Below are positions 13,557-26,044 of a DNA stretch of 64,000 nucleotides, in pieces. Made by a program: the position numbers and the translations under genes. How positions within the stretch are numbered: the first letter of the stretch is position 1; each line of letters starts with the position of its first letter. The notes beneath the pieces are model-generated. The model ran no database searches. It saw only the letters and a list, made by a program, of their open reading frames with translations, and was not told where the DNA came from. The DNA comes from Octopus sinensis (Eukaryota). The DNA lies in assembly GCF_006345805.1 (NCBI RefSeq), contig NC_043000.1, positions 59,706,001 to 59,770,000 of the forward strand, written 5' to 3'.

Positions 13557-15342
13557 GCGTGTGTGTGTGTGTGTGTGTGTGTGTGCATGTGGAAACACGT
13601 TTGCATCCACACATATGCTACCCGTATATTACATAGGTAGTCGCAAAAGAGAAATAGAAAGCTCAACAGTGACTTTGTTATTCTTACAAATAGAGTCAAC
13701 ATGTAAAAATACACTCAATGAAAACAAAAGGTAGTGAAAGAAAATGAATAGTAAAATATCAGCCCCTTGCAGTACTGGTGTCACTGTTTGTCACAGTTGG
13801 TAATTATGACTATATTTAGAAGTCACTCAACTCCTAGTAATAACAGCCAAATCTCACTCAAATTACTACACTCCCAATTTAAATATGGATATATTGGCTA
13901 ATGTAATGTCTGATATACAAAAACAAGGTGTTCACAGTGAGGACACTTATGGTCATATGTCTGCCTGGTGCTTAAAAAGAAACAACTCTTATTATGACTA
14001 ATGTAAGAGTCTCTATTTGTTATTTAATCTGCTAAAAATAGCATCAAAATCAACTTTCAAATCATACTGTATGCCTTCAAAAACAAAAGAAAAAAAAAGA
14101 AACAACAGGAAAAGACACATTGAAAGATCTCAGTCTGAACATCTTATATCAATACAAAATAGGATGGTCACAGCTGGAATGTCTTTGATCAAAGGTTTCT
14201 TCAATTGGGGATGGCTTTGAGTAAAACAGCTACCACCACCAGCTGGTTTAAGCAAATACAAAATAAAGACAGAAACATTATAAAAATGGAGAAAGTAAAT
14301 ATCTAAATAATTTCTCAAAGTAATTCCAACCTCTGCTAACCCCTTGGAATAAAAATAAATGAATGAAAAACCCAAAACTGTGAAAGAGTTTCAATTCTCA
14401 GCATGAATGTCACAAACTTTCTATTTCTTAGAAGAAATTGAGCCATAATATTTTAGCAGAAAGAAACTTTTAGAATAAGTGGATGAAATAAGAGATGTAA
14501 TAAAAATACTCTGAATAGTAAATACAATTATTAATCATTAACATTTTTAATTAAAAAACGAAAACAAATAAATACAAAAATAAAACGAATAACAGTAAAA
14601 GTGACCCAAATCTTTGTGTGATAAGCTATTGATCATTGAGAAGTAAAATACAAATATCTTATCAAAAATATAAAGATGAATAAATAGAGCTAAAAAAATA
14701 TAGAAATAAAAACAAAAATTTAATTTGAATAAAAAGTAATAGTGATAAAACATTACATTGTTCAAAATACTGACTTGCGATAATTTGTGGTGTGTGTGTG
14801 TGCACATGTGTTTTCTTATATTGATGTGTCGTCATTTAGTCCCAGATCAGTCTTATTCATCAGATATAGGACTAAATTTTCTGTTGTACCGCTTTCTTTT
14901 TTCTTAGATGGTAGAGTGTAATTTTGAGGGAGATTTGGTTGCTATTTCTAGCAGACCATACAACTATTGATGATTGTGCAAAATTAAAAAAACAGAGAAT
15001 TTCAAAATAAAGCAAAATAATGATGAAAGAACTAAAAGTTATGCTATTAATGTTTCCCTACCTGGTCAAGTGTTGGAGTAAGTCCATCACAGTCTGATTT
15101 ACCTTGGTTACTTGTACCCATTAAAATTACCTATCAGTTATTGAGGGAAATAACACCACATATACAAAGGGATTGTGAGGGAATTTCTGTTCCGACCACA
15201 TAAATCAATGTAGGCATGTATAAAGCTGCGAGGCGACTGAAGGGAGTGAGAAAGAAAGAGAATGTGTGTACGTAAAGAGAGGATGGGGATGGGGGTAGTT
15301 AAGAGCAGGTAAGGGATCATTCAGACAGGTAGGCTTGCTCAC

Positions 15343-15397
15343 CTGTTATATAGTGTAAAGCTGCCTGCAAGGCTTGTATATGTGGTTGTATGCATAT
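15343..15397 (-). other. Candidate 55-nt exon of an unidentified minus-strand gene
   Basis: Acceptor ttcctgtcacactctctcctacag and donor CAG/gtgagc; two open frames (ICIQPHIQALQAALHYIT or MHTTTYTSLAGSFTLYN). Confidence 0.45.
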
Positions 15398-15463
15398 CTG
15401 TAGGAGAGAGTGTGACAGGAAGAAAAAGGTAGCAGTAGAGATTAAAAAAACACTGAGAGGGAG

Positions 15464-15495
<32 letters not shown>

Positions 15496-15784
15496 GTATG
15501 TGTGCATGTGTGTGTATTTATAACACATACACACATATACAGAGAGTGTGTGAGTTGCTTCAGGCAAACTGATATAGTAAAGAAACAAGAGACACAGAAA
15601 CTTAACGGAGAGAGGAGGAGATGAATGAAGCAGAGGTGGTTTAAGAATGTTTGTATTTGATAATTGTTGTTTTACTGTGTTGACTAGTCACATAATAAAG
15701 TCTGGAGGGGATATCACCAGCTATATTAGTCACTGGAAAGTGAAAATGAGTAAATAGAATACATCTACAATAACAACAAAAGTA

Positions 15785-17160
15785 GCACCTGGAGAGGCAA
15801 GTCCACACTGAGCAGAGTTAGTGTTATGGGGCACTGGGCCAATGGTTTAATTAGTTGCTTAGGGGTCTGGCTCATTGAACTAGGAAATAGTTATGAGCAG
15901 TGTTATGAGGCTCACTAGAAATTGACTGAAAGGAAGCTAACCCAGAAAAATCAAGCATATTCATTATCTCTCTATTATATATTATTGCTGGCCAGATCAT
16001 TATGTTTTACTCTAATTCTTGTATAACCAGATTGAAGCGTCTACTTTCACTTCTTTTGAAAGGACCATGTACCACTGATCAGATAGTCCATCTTTTGTCA
16101 ACACCTTTTGCACGGCAGACCCAGTATATCAGGGCAGGTGATGCATAGAGATCTGCTCAAGCTATGCCATCTGCAGAGATTCCTGGATGGTGAGCAGGTT
16201 ACCATTTGTAAAACTATACTTCCACAGTTTGTTTCTTTGACAGAGTTGCAGTCCTGAGTCTAGCAAAGGCCAAGTCTGGGCACCCAGCATCTGAAATGTT
16301 GTCAAATGCTCACAGCCTTCTCAGTCAATCAGGTAACATGGCAGTGGAATTTAGCAATCTACAGAAGACTAGATGAAGAGAAATGTGACAGTGTTCTTGG
16401 AGAAACTATGGGTGCTGATGAAATTAAATCTTCTATTCCAGAGGACTTTCTGCCTAGGGATTAAGAATAATTTTCCAAAATTCCTGACCACTCATTGCTC
16501 CCAGGGATTCATTGTTGGTTCAAGAACTACTCTACAGGGACAGAAATGCTATCAGCCATTTCTGTTCTACATGCGCATTGGGCATCAATGTTATTCGGCA
16601 TGCACACTTTTAGTGTCTGAGCATTGCTGACTCATGGCACTATGCTGAAAAGCTGGTGTTGAATACATAATTGATCCAGCTATCAACCAAGTTTGTCTTA
16701 AAGAAGGCTTCCTCTGGACAGAAAGGACAAGCAGTTTTCTAGGCCATGGAAAACGAGGTGGATGATTAAAAGGACTGAGGACAAATACTTTCTACTTTGA
16801 CCAAGCCATCATCAACTTCTTCAAGTTTTATTTGGAGAGGAAGGTGGAAGTGGAGAGAGAAACTGCTCTCTAATAATTTTGTTGAAATGTGTGCAAGAGT
16901 GGAAAGCATGGCTTAAATGAATGTGTTGACTCTCAACATGCATCCAGAGAGCAGGAAATGTCAGCAGGGAAAAAGTACTTACTCTTTGCAGTCATGGAAA
17001 TTTCTGGTTTCAAGGTGGCTTGTTATGTATACCATTGCTCCAAAAATTCTTTTTATCATGCTTAGGGAAAACTTTACAAAATGTGAATACACTTTGTCTT
17101 ATTTTGTATATATGTATACCCACAGAATATATCTGAGTGTCCCATGCATGAAATAAAACT
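15785..17160 (+). mobile_element. Tx1/L1-clade LINE 3' fragment, heavily degraded
   Basis: Collinear with 45205-46755 (gcacctggagaggcaagtcca..., catcaacttcttcaagttt...gaggaaggtg); ends near aaataaaa. Confidence 0.75.
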
Positions 17161-17971
17161 ACACTTGACTTCTTTTACCCAAATCATGAAGGACCTTCTA
17201 TGTAATTGATTTCCCTGCTAGAAATAGATGGCAAATTTCTCTTAATTTTGTTGTTTTAAAGGTCATATTTAAAAATGTAGTCCTAGATAGTCTGTGACTG
17301 GCAAAAAAGATGAGATGGTCATGGATGGAATGTTTAAAAATCATTTACAACAGAGTTACTGAAGGAATTTATCTTCAGATTGGTAACCTGGCCTGAATAT
17401 TTACAACAAAAATGGAACCCTAATAAAGATACCCAAAGACTAGATGGTGTCTCAACAAGGCTGACTTGGGGCTAAACAACATGAACAACAGCAAGATGTA
17501 TGCATATTCTATAGAGTGAACCTGAATAAAGTTTGACCTAAAAAATCCTGACCTCCTTCACAAACATCATGATATTCTACAGAATGCAAACCTGAATCAA
17601 TTTATTATGTCAAGAATCAACAGTTATATCCAATCAAAGCTTTGAGCAAAATATGTAAAAATCTAAGAGAAAGCCTCTTCATCACCTGAAAAGTTTTTCT
17701 CTTTTCTTATCTTCTAGCCAAGGCTGTAAATGCTGAATTATTCTCAATAAAAGAACTACTCAAGCTGATGTTGACTGACAGTCAGATAACTACCAAAAAT
17801 GGAATATCGAGTAATATCTACTTCACAAAGAAATATATATCTTTTGAAGAGTGTTTGAAGTATATTCTGTATTACTTCAGAACACATTAAAACATTGGAA
17901 ATTTACCGAAACTTAAGATGGATTATGAAGTTGAAGAAGATATACTATTTGTGTATAAGTATACAACCATG

Positions 17972-18007
<36 letters not shown>

Positions 18008-18230
18008 AGCATCTCTCAGTGTGTGTGTGTGTGTGTATGCATGTGCATGTGTATAGCAAGAGAGAAAGGTGAAGAAAAGGAATTAAATCATAAAGTAATA
18101 TCTACTGATCTCTTTTGAAAGAAAGAGTTGTCTAGTCTGGTGTTTTAACAAAAGTAAAGAGCTATTATTTTCTGATATGAGCTTAACATGTTGCTAATTA
18201 ATTCATCTATATATCTGATCAATTTTGGAT

Positions 18231-18337
18231 ACCATGTGTATTCTGGCTTTAGAAGAGCCACACTGTGTCCTTGCATGTCTTGAGAAATGACCAAAAGGGT
18301 TGGTGATGCATGTTTGATGACAATGATGGTGATGATG
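18231..18337 (+). mobile_element. Short 5'-truncated retroposon with (GAT)n tail and 18-bp TSD
   Basis: atctgatcaattttggat at 18213-18230 and 18338-18355. Confidence 0.75.
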
Positions 18338-19547
18338 ATCTGATCAATTTTGGATTTTTCCACATAACCTATCAAAGTTTCAGTTTCAGAACTTAAGCCC
18401 TTAGTTGTTGGGTGGACATGCAAAAAGAATTGTGAAAGTGTTTATCATAGTTCCAAGTATAAGAAATAAGGCAATTATAAATGGCAAGGAGAGAGATGAT
18501 CAAGTAATTAATTATACAAATGTGTGATAAAGCCTATCAACCAAAGAATAATTTCAGTTCTTTTTTTAATACAAATTCACCCATTAATAGTGTGTATGTG
18601 TCAGATGAATAACTATTGTCATGGCAGCATTTAGCATTGTACCCATATCATTTCCAGTTATGCATATAATTAGCTTCACAAACTAGACTTGTCTCATAAT
18701 GTTATAAATATACATGATACTAATTTACATTCAAAGATACATTTTCTTGTGAAAATTGATTTGTTATAAACTATGTCAAGACAACAAATTAAATCATTTG
18801 GGATTTAATTGAGATAGTGAAGTACTGTACACACACATACATACACAGAAAAATAGGATTTCCAGTAAGCTGGGTCCACAACTCAACTTAAACTCCCAGT
18901 CTTAACTATGTCACTTCACTTACATTGCTAAAGCCTTTAGAAAAGGCAGGAACAGCCCAGCACTGATATTTTGTTCTTTAAAATGTGAAGAACAGAATTA
19001 GAAATCTCTGTAGCTGTTATCTTCTCATAGAAATAAGAGGAAAATTATCACAAGCTGTGTAATTTTCATACAAGATAAAACAGGATTTTGTAAAATGTAG
19101 TATGATGGTAAAATGAATAGATTGTCAAACTTTGCACACAGGACAAAAAAACAAAAAAAAATCAAAGGGAAAAATTTTTGATATTTTTCTCTAGGACAGC
19201 ATGATCATGTAAGCCTGTTATCAAAAACATTCAAGCAATGACCATCTAGTATTTTCCCACTTATGCACACATACCTTATCCAACGTGTTCTTTTCTAAGA
19301 TGAAATAATATGATATGGAGGGGAATTTAGCTGCTATTTCTAGTAGCTGAAGTGACTACACAGAGGCTTCCTCTTAGAAAATATCAAGATTGGCAAAAGC
19401 AGCCAAATTCCATTCAAGATTAATATCAGAGACTGAGAAAGTTAAAGTCTTAATTAAACTAATGACAAAGTCAAAGTCAAATTTTAAAATGTTAGATTAA
19501 AAATATCATTTATGATGGTGTAACTTTGTACTTATCCTAACAAGATA

Positions 19548-20174
19548 GGGCCAGATATGGCTGTGTGGTAAGAAACTTGCTTCCCAACCATATAGTTCCA
19601 GGTTCAGTCCCATTGCATGGCACCTAGGACAAGTGTGTTTTATTGTAGCCACAGACCAACCAAAACCTTGTGAGTGGATTTGGTAGATGGAAACTGAAAG
19701 AAGCCCGACACACACACACACATGTTTATTCCCTATCATTGCTTATCAATAGGTGCTGGTGTATTTATGTCTCTATAAAGGCAGCAAGCTGGCAGAAACG
19801 TTAGCACGCCGGGAGAAATGCGTAGCCGTATTTCGTCTGGCATTACGTTCTGGGTTCAAATTTCGCCGAGGTCGACTTTGCCTTTCATCCTTTCGGGGTC
19901 GATAAATTAAGTACCTATTGCACACTGGAGTCGATATAATCGACTTAATCCGTTTATCTGTCCTTGTTTGTCCCCTCTGTGTTTAGCCCCTTGTGGGTAG
20001 TAAAGAAATATTTATGTCTCTCTAACTTAGCAGTTCAGCAAAAGAAACCAACAGAATAAGTACCAGGTTTTAAAAAATAAGTGCTGGGATTGATTCATTT
20101 GACTAAAAAATTCTCTAAGTTGGTGCCCAACATGACCACAGTCTAATGATTGAAACAAGTAAAAGACAAAAGAT
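19548..20174 (+). mobile_element. CORE-type tRNA SINE interrupted by a Meta-SINE
   Basis: ggctgtgtggtaag...ggttcagtccca...ggacaagtgt...gatttggtagatggaaactgaaagaagccc; 3' gaaacaagtaaaagacaaaaga. Confidence 0.88.
19779..20008 (+). mobile_element. Meta/MESC-domain SINE, young, 17-bp TSD with one mismatch
   Basis: gcctttcatcctttcggggtcgataaa core; TSD tatttatgtctct(a/c)taa at 19762-19778 and 20009-20025. Confidence 0.9.
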
Positions 20175-21246
20175 ATCATTATGACTCATAAATAATATCA
20201 CAGGGACATACACTTAATTAGAATTCATCAATATAGCTTACTCAAAATTAAAAGTGACAAGTAGAAAGCAAATTCTCTATACTTCCTATTTTGTCCCTTA
20301 AAAGGTCACAGCCAATAAAAAAGAAAAAAATGTGATCCCATTTTGTAAACATGTAGTAAAAGGAACAGATAATATACAGAAAGCATTACATTTCAGATGC
20401 CAATTAAATGGGGGAAAGGAATGAAGAGAAAGATTTAAAAAGCAAACAAATATATGCAAACCCTTTATTGTAAATGAAGTTGCTTCGACAGCTTTAGGAT
20501 ATATACTGGGGGGCTTAAGTTTTAGAAAGAAGACAATTTGATGTCAGATATAATATTATATCAAGTTGAAATATGATAAATTGCTAGTATAGTGAGCAGA
20601 GCAGATAAAATGCCATAAAATAATTAAGCAGAATATATATATATGAAGAGGACTGCAAAAATATGGCATTTAAATGGGAAAGTAATCAGCAAAGCTATGC
20701 AGATCTGTCTATCATTCCTCTAAACAAACTCTATTAGTCCATTTTATCAAGAAATCATGCACAATTGGGGGGGGGGAGAGATGGAAGGAGGGAGAAAGAT
20801 GAAGCAGATATAGATGAAAAGAGAATGGGAAAGTTGAAAGAATGAGTAAAACAAAGAGGGGGAAAATAAATAAAAAAACTAATTTACTAGAGAAAGGATT
20901 AACTGAAAAGCTTCTTTGGAATTCATTTTAATCTTTAGATTTAAAACAGAAACAGGCTGAAAATACACTTACAACAGCTCCATCAAGATGAAAAGACAAT
21001 TCAGATACAATTTGATAGACATTATATTATGCAAACCTTTAAACATTCATCAACAGCCTAATAAATAGTTTAAACATCTGTGCTGAAACTTACTAAAAGG
21101 AGCAATTTTAACATGGTTGTTTGCTCTGCTAGAAATAACAGCCAAGTGCCCTCATATCACATTGTCATTTTAAAAACAGGAAAGACACAATAAGCCATAT
21201 ATATATGCAGATATACCGAAAGACTGGGTGGTTACAGCTGAAATTA

Positions 21247-21407
21247 CCGTATTTTAACATGTATAAAGAACCCTTTTTGTCAAAAGTTAGGTTAAAAAAA
21301 TATGGGAGTTTCTTATATATAGATAGTATTATAATCCCTTACAAAACCTTTTTTCCAAATTTTAAGCCCCCCAAAATTAGGGGGTTTCTTATGCACGTTA
21401 AAAACGG
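21247..21407. mobile_element. pogo/Tigger-like MITE
   Basis: TA-ccgtattttaacatgtataaagaaccc ... gggtttcttatgcacgttaaaaacgg terminal inverted repeats. Confidence 0.7.
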
Positions 21408-22101
21408 CACTTTACTGTCTGCTCAATCAGAGTTAAACAACAGTATAGAAATCTTTGCATCTTCACCTATGAACTGCTTGCTAGGACAATACCATTTTAA
21501 GAAAGAAACAAACATAACGGCATCTTGCTATAACAAACATTGAGTAAGACAACAAAGAGGTTTTCAGGTGTACAACACTAATATTTGTAACAGAGCAGAA
21601 ATAGTGAATGTACAGAAATATAATTGTGGGAGTTGGAGAAAATTTAGAAGGTAATTTAAGGTAATTTCATGAAGAAATACTGAAAAACATTGCAGTAAGC
21701 TACTGCAATGGTAAAGACATGAAGTTAATAATGAATAATGCTTGAATTATCTATTTAAGAAAAAAAAAATTGATCTAGCAATGAAGCATCAAACAGCAAT
21801 TTATAGTAGGTCAGAAGAACCCAGTGAATGTGAACACACACACAATCATCCTCCTCCTTTGTGGCTTAGACAAAAGTTATTCGAGACAAAGTTTCTACAG
21901 TCAGATGCCCTTCCTGTATCCAAATCTCACCTATTTCCAAGCAAGACAATATTTCCCCCATGGACAGACATGTTTTTCATGGAATACTCGAAATGAACGC
22001 CATCATTTGTATGATGCTTATGTCAACACAAGGAACACACACACACACACACACACGCACAAATGGCCAAGGTGCAGCTTTACTCGTTAACTGTATTTTA
22101 A

Positions 22102-22310
22102 CCCTTTAGCACTTAAACAGGTCATATCTTCTATCTGTTTTATGATCAAGCTGACTGGTTCTAGCCTCTCACACCTACCCTACAATGTCATTCTAAAACT
22201 AAATAATCACATCCTTGAATCTTAAATCTTCAAGATAATGCAGGATTAATTCAAAACAATGTGAATGAATAATCATTACATTTGATAAAAGTAATCTGAA
22301 TGCTAAAGGG
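22102..22310. mobile_element. piggyBac-type MITE
   Basis: TTAA-ccctttagca ... tgctaaaggg-TAAA; partial inverted second copy at 44148-44300. Confidence 0.8.
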
Positions 22311-23599
22311 TAAAATCTCTATTTTGAAAAGCATCTGAAAGATCACATATTTTACATGTATGTGTAGCTTTAATATACTAGTGTATCATCACCTGTTCAC
22401 TTATTTGCATGTGCGTTGAGAGTCTAAATAAAATGTGACACAACTAATTAAGAACCAAATGCTTACCAAGGATGTTTACCTTTCTATTTTAATTATGTGG
22501 TCTTTATTATGTTTCATTAACTATTAATCTTTTGTTATAATGAGAACATGAAAAGCATCAAGCAGCAATTCAGAAAAGGAAATAGAAAATAAAAGAGACT
22601 TGATAAAACAACTCTTGCAGAAACACTTCATAAACATAATTGTGGAAAGTCATTCAGAAAATTGTTTCTTTTATGCAAGGAGAAACAACTGTATAATTTC
22701 CTTTTGGTAATTTAATTAATAAATTGTTACCAGATATTTTAGAAAGAAAATTTATTTAGTGTTTTCTTTCACTGAACCAAGATGCTAAGCATGTGCTTTC
22801 TCCTTCCTGTACATTAATTGAACTTGGCAACTAAACTCACTTTACTAAACATATCCTCGTCTTACTTAGGATGCTGTACTCTACATGACACACAGCAGAA
22901 AATATGCAATAATATACCAAGGAACTCGTGTTTTTTCTAGCGTTCCAATTTATTTTAATAGTGGGAGGTATTTTGAAAAAGAAACTAGGGCATACACATA
23001 CCAAAAATAATACTTATAGAATGTTATGACAGTTTAGATTGAAAAAAAAAAACTGTACAATGGTCTTTATGGAGACACAAAGACTACAAAACAAATCAGA
23101 GTTCAAGGTGATGGTTTGCTTCAACAAAAATCAATAAGGCCAGCAAATTTGAACAAGTTTGTATGTTGTGACATTGACAAGTGTTAAAGCTTTGGACAGA
23201 ACATTTCTTAGGACAAAAAAAATGAAATTCTCTTCAATAGCATTGAATGAATAGATTTGCAGATTGTGAGATAAACCTATTTATCCAGTAAATCAAAGAC
23301 AATTCTATTTTCACAGCAAGTTAGTTATAATTTTTCAGCTGGTGTAAAAGGGTAATGGCTGGAGGAAGTTATAGGAAAAAAATTGAAGAAGTGAGTGCAT
23401 ATTGTAGGGCTAAATTAAGATACTGAATACTCTGGAGCAGGCCTTACTTTTATCATAGGTTACTTTGATCAGGGCTTACCTGAAGTTTAATGACAATGAC
23501 TAAAATTGAAAGATATCAGTGAAGTTCCACATTGGTAAAACACATCAGTATTCAACCTCCCCCACAAAATATGAACTTACAAGAGGGTGTTGAAAAGCC

Positions 23600-23945
23600 T
23601 AAAATCATCAAATCGTTTAAAGAAAATTCTATTGTTTTGAACACTTCCTTTCTCATTATCACCACCAATGCTTCAAGTATTCTGGATATAGCAGTCATGT
23701 ACCACTATAGTCCACTTGTTTGATATCTCATGTATTTGGAAAATTTTTCAGCATTATTAAAAAGTTTTTAGCCTTATCAGCAGCACTGTTTTGATATGCT
23801 AACTTACCAAAGGTATTCTTTTTCTGGTGGGTATCTGGTAGCATTTGTAGATTTTACTGTGTAAATACATACATAGCTAGCCTCTTTGTTATATCTGTGT
23901 AATTTGATATTCAGTATAAGTCTGTGTGGGGCATCTTGAAAGCAC
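23600..23945 (-). mobile_element. Highly degraded R4/Dong-like (RLE) LINE C-terminal fragment
   Basis: Minus-strand remnants resembling YLHSKIYKCYQIP and AEKFSKY; many stops. Confidence 0.3.
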
Positions 23946-24016
23946 CTGGTCAATTATCTTCTCGAGTCATCATCATAAATATAAGTAATAAGATTGTAAT
24001 TGTGATCATCATAACC

Positions 24017-24047
<31 letters not shown>

Positions 24048-24087
24048 TATTATTATTATTATTATTACTATTATTATTATTATTATT

Positions 24088-24300
24088 AAGGCAGTGAGCT
24101 GGCAGATTGTTAGCACACCAGGCGAAATGCTCAGCAGTATTTTGTCTGTCTTCATGTTCTGAGTTCAAATGCTGCTGGGGTTAACTTTGCTCTTCATCCT
24201 TTCGGGGTCGATAAATTAAGTATCAGTTATGTACTGGAGTTGATGTAATTGACAGGTTCCCTCCCACCAAATTTCAGGCCTTGTGCCTGTAGTAGAAAGG
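24088..24300 (+). mobile_element. Meta/MESC SINE flanked by (ATT)n
   Basis: ggcagtgagctggcaga...gagttcaaat...ttcatcctttcggggtcgataaattaagta. Confidence 0.85.
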
Positions 24301-25120
24301 ATTATTATTATTATTAATATTATTATTATTGTTTCTTTTTCATTCATTAATCTTTAATATTTACCATTTGGGTTATATCTTATTTCTGCTTAGACTGTTT
24401 TTCATTTCTGTAGATATGTCTATACACATTTAGGATGCTTTATTGGTGTATAAAATCAACCCAGTAATTTAACTGGTACTTCATTTTACTGACTGAAGAT
24501 AAATGAAAGGCAAAGCTAACATCAGCTGTTGTATTTGAAGTCAGTATACAAAATACTGTAACTAACTACTGCAGGCTTTTGTCTGATACTCTAATAATTC
24601 TGCCAATTGACTACTGTAAAGCCTGGTAAAATATTTGCCATTAAATTCTACTAAGGAGTGTTATATGGACTAGATTCTTTTTTAACTTATAAACCTTCCC
24701 ACCCACCAAAAAAGGGTATTTCTTTCAAACAAAACAAAAATGAAATGCTGAACAAAGTATAAGTGAAAGAATTTAGCTACAACATGAAGTTCAAATCCAG
24801 ATAGCAATCATTGCTTTCAATGAAAGAATTACTCCCACCTCAAATGTATTTGACCTTCATCTGAATAGAGAAATTATTATTATTCTTTTTTCATTTTATA
24901 CTGTTTGACTGGCTGGGATCTCTGAGTCATATCAATTCTGGTACAATTTGTAATGAACATATCGCTATTTCACAGTTTAGAAAGCCTTGTCCTACAGCAA
25001 ATAATTTATTACCAAAGTAATAGAATTATTAAATGTAACCGTATTTCTTTCACTCTTAGCTGCTGATAAAGAAATTGCAATTCTTCGTCATCACAATGCA
25101 ACATTGAAACGGTGACTCAC

Positions 25121-25380
25121 CATTGCCTATTTACAAAATGAACAAAATAAACGAACAACATGCATAGAAGAAAGAAAGATGTAACAGTGTCTGCTGTCAT
25201 CCATATTAAGTAATTCCACTTGCTGTGGTATTCAACAGGTCAACGCCAGCAGTCGGTCAGCCAGCCAGGCCAACTAAACTGGTGTCATACTAACCAAACT
25301 TGTTCTGGATGACAATCGATCTTATTTACTCAAAAGAACTTGTTCACAAGTCTAAAATCATGAGCACGTCACTGGCACAT
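25121..25380 (-). other. Candidate alternative first exon (5' boundary uncertain)
   Basis: Consensus donor ATG/gtgagt at 25121; locally CpG-retaining unique sequence. Confidence 0.4.
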
Positions 25381-26044
25381 GTACAAGAGAAAAAACATGT
25401 TATATAAATGGAGAGTAGAAGAAGCTCAAATTATTTACCTTTATGTAACAGTCTTTCACAGAATCTACACTTCAAATCATTATAAGATATATGTTTATAA
25501 AGATATAAACATTATTGACACATCTATACAGATAGTGGATGAGAAAGGAGTAAAATTTTGTCAATTCTATACATTTAATCACTTTCATTGAAGTCTTGCA
25601 TTCAGCATGATATATTTGGTTGACTCACCAAATCTTATATAAAATGGATTTCATTCATTAAATGTCTATCCTTTATGTACATACTATTACATTCTCCACT
25701 ACTTTCTTTTCTTCTTCTCAGATATTTCTGCCCACTTTTTAAGAAATACTTTAAATTTTATTTCCCCAAAAAGTACAAAAATAAACAGTAAAATAAATGA
25801 GAAAATAAACAAAGTGCATTAAAATAAGTAAAGTTAATTAAGTAAATAAATAAATGAAAAGGTACTGTCGGGTGAAACTTGGAGTTCAATACAATTTGAC
25901 CTACTCTACTCTCCATATTAGGTCCCTGTTAAGTAGTTATTCTTAAACTTGTTTGAAACTGATAACCTTAATTTAACAACCACATATATTTATATAATCA
26001 AATAGTTAACTGGTTAATTTACTAGCTGACTAATAACAGTAATA

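Noticed and set aside
17718-17890. Plus-strand open frame after the acceptor-like tcttctag (KAVNAELFSIKELLKLML...)
   Set aside because: No recognisable domain or partner exon; probably decayed transposon or chance
25060-25111. Plus-strand exon encoding ADKEIAILRHHNATLK
   Set aside because: Weak donor (gtgact); the overlapping minus-strand donor is a full consensus; no partner exons
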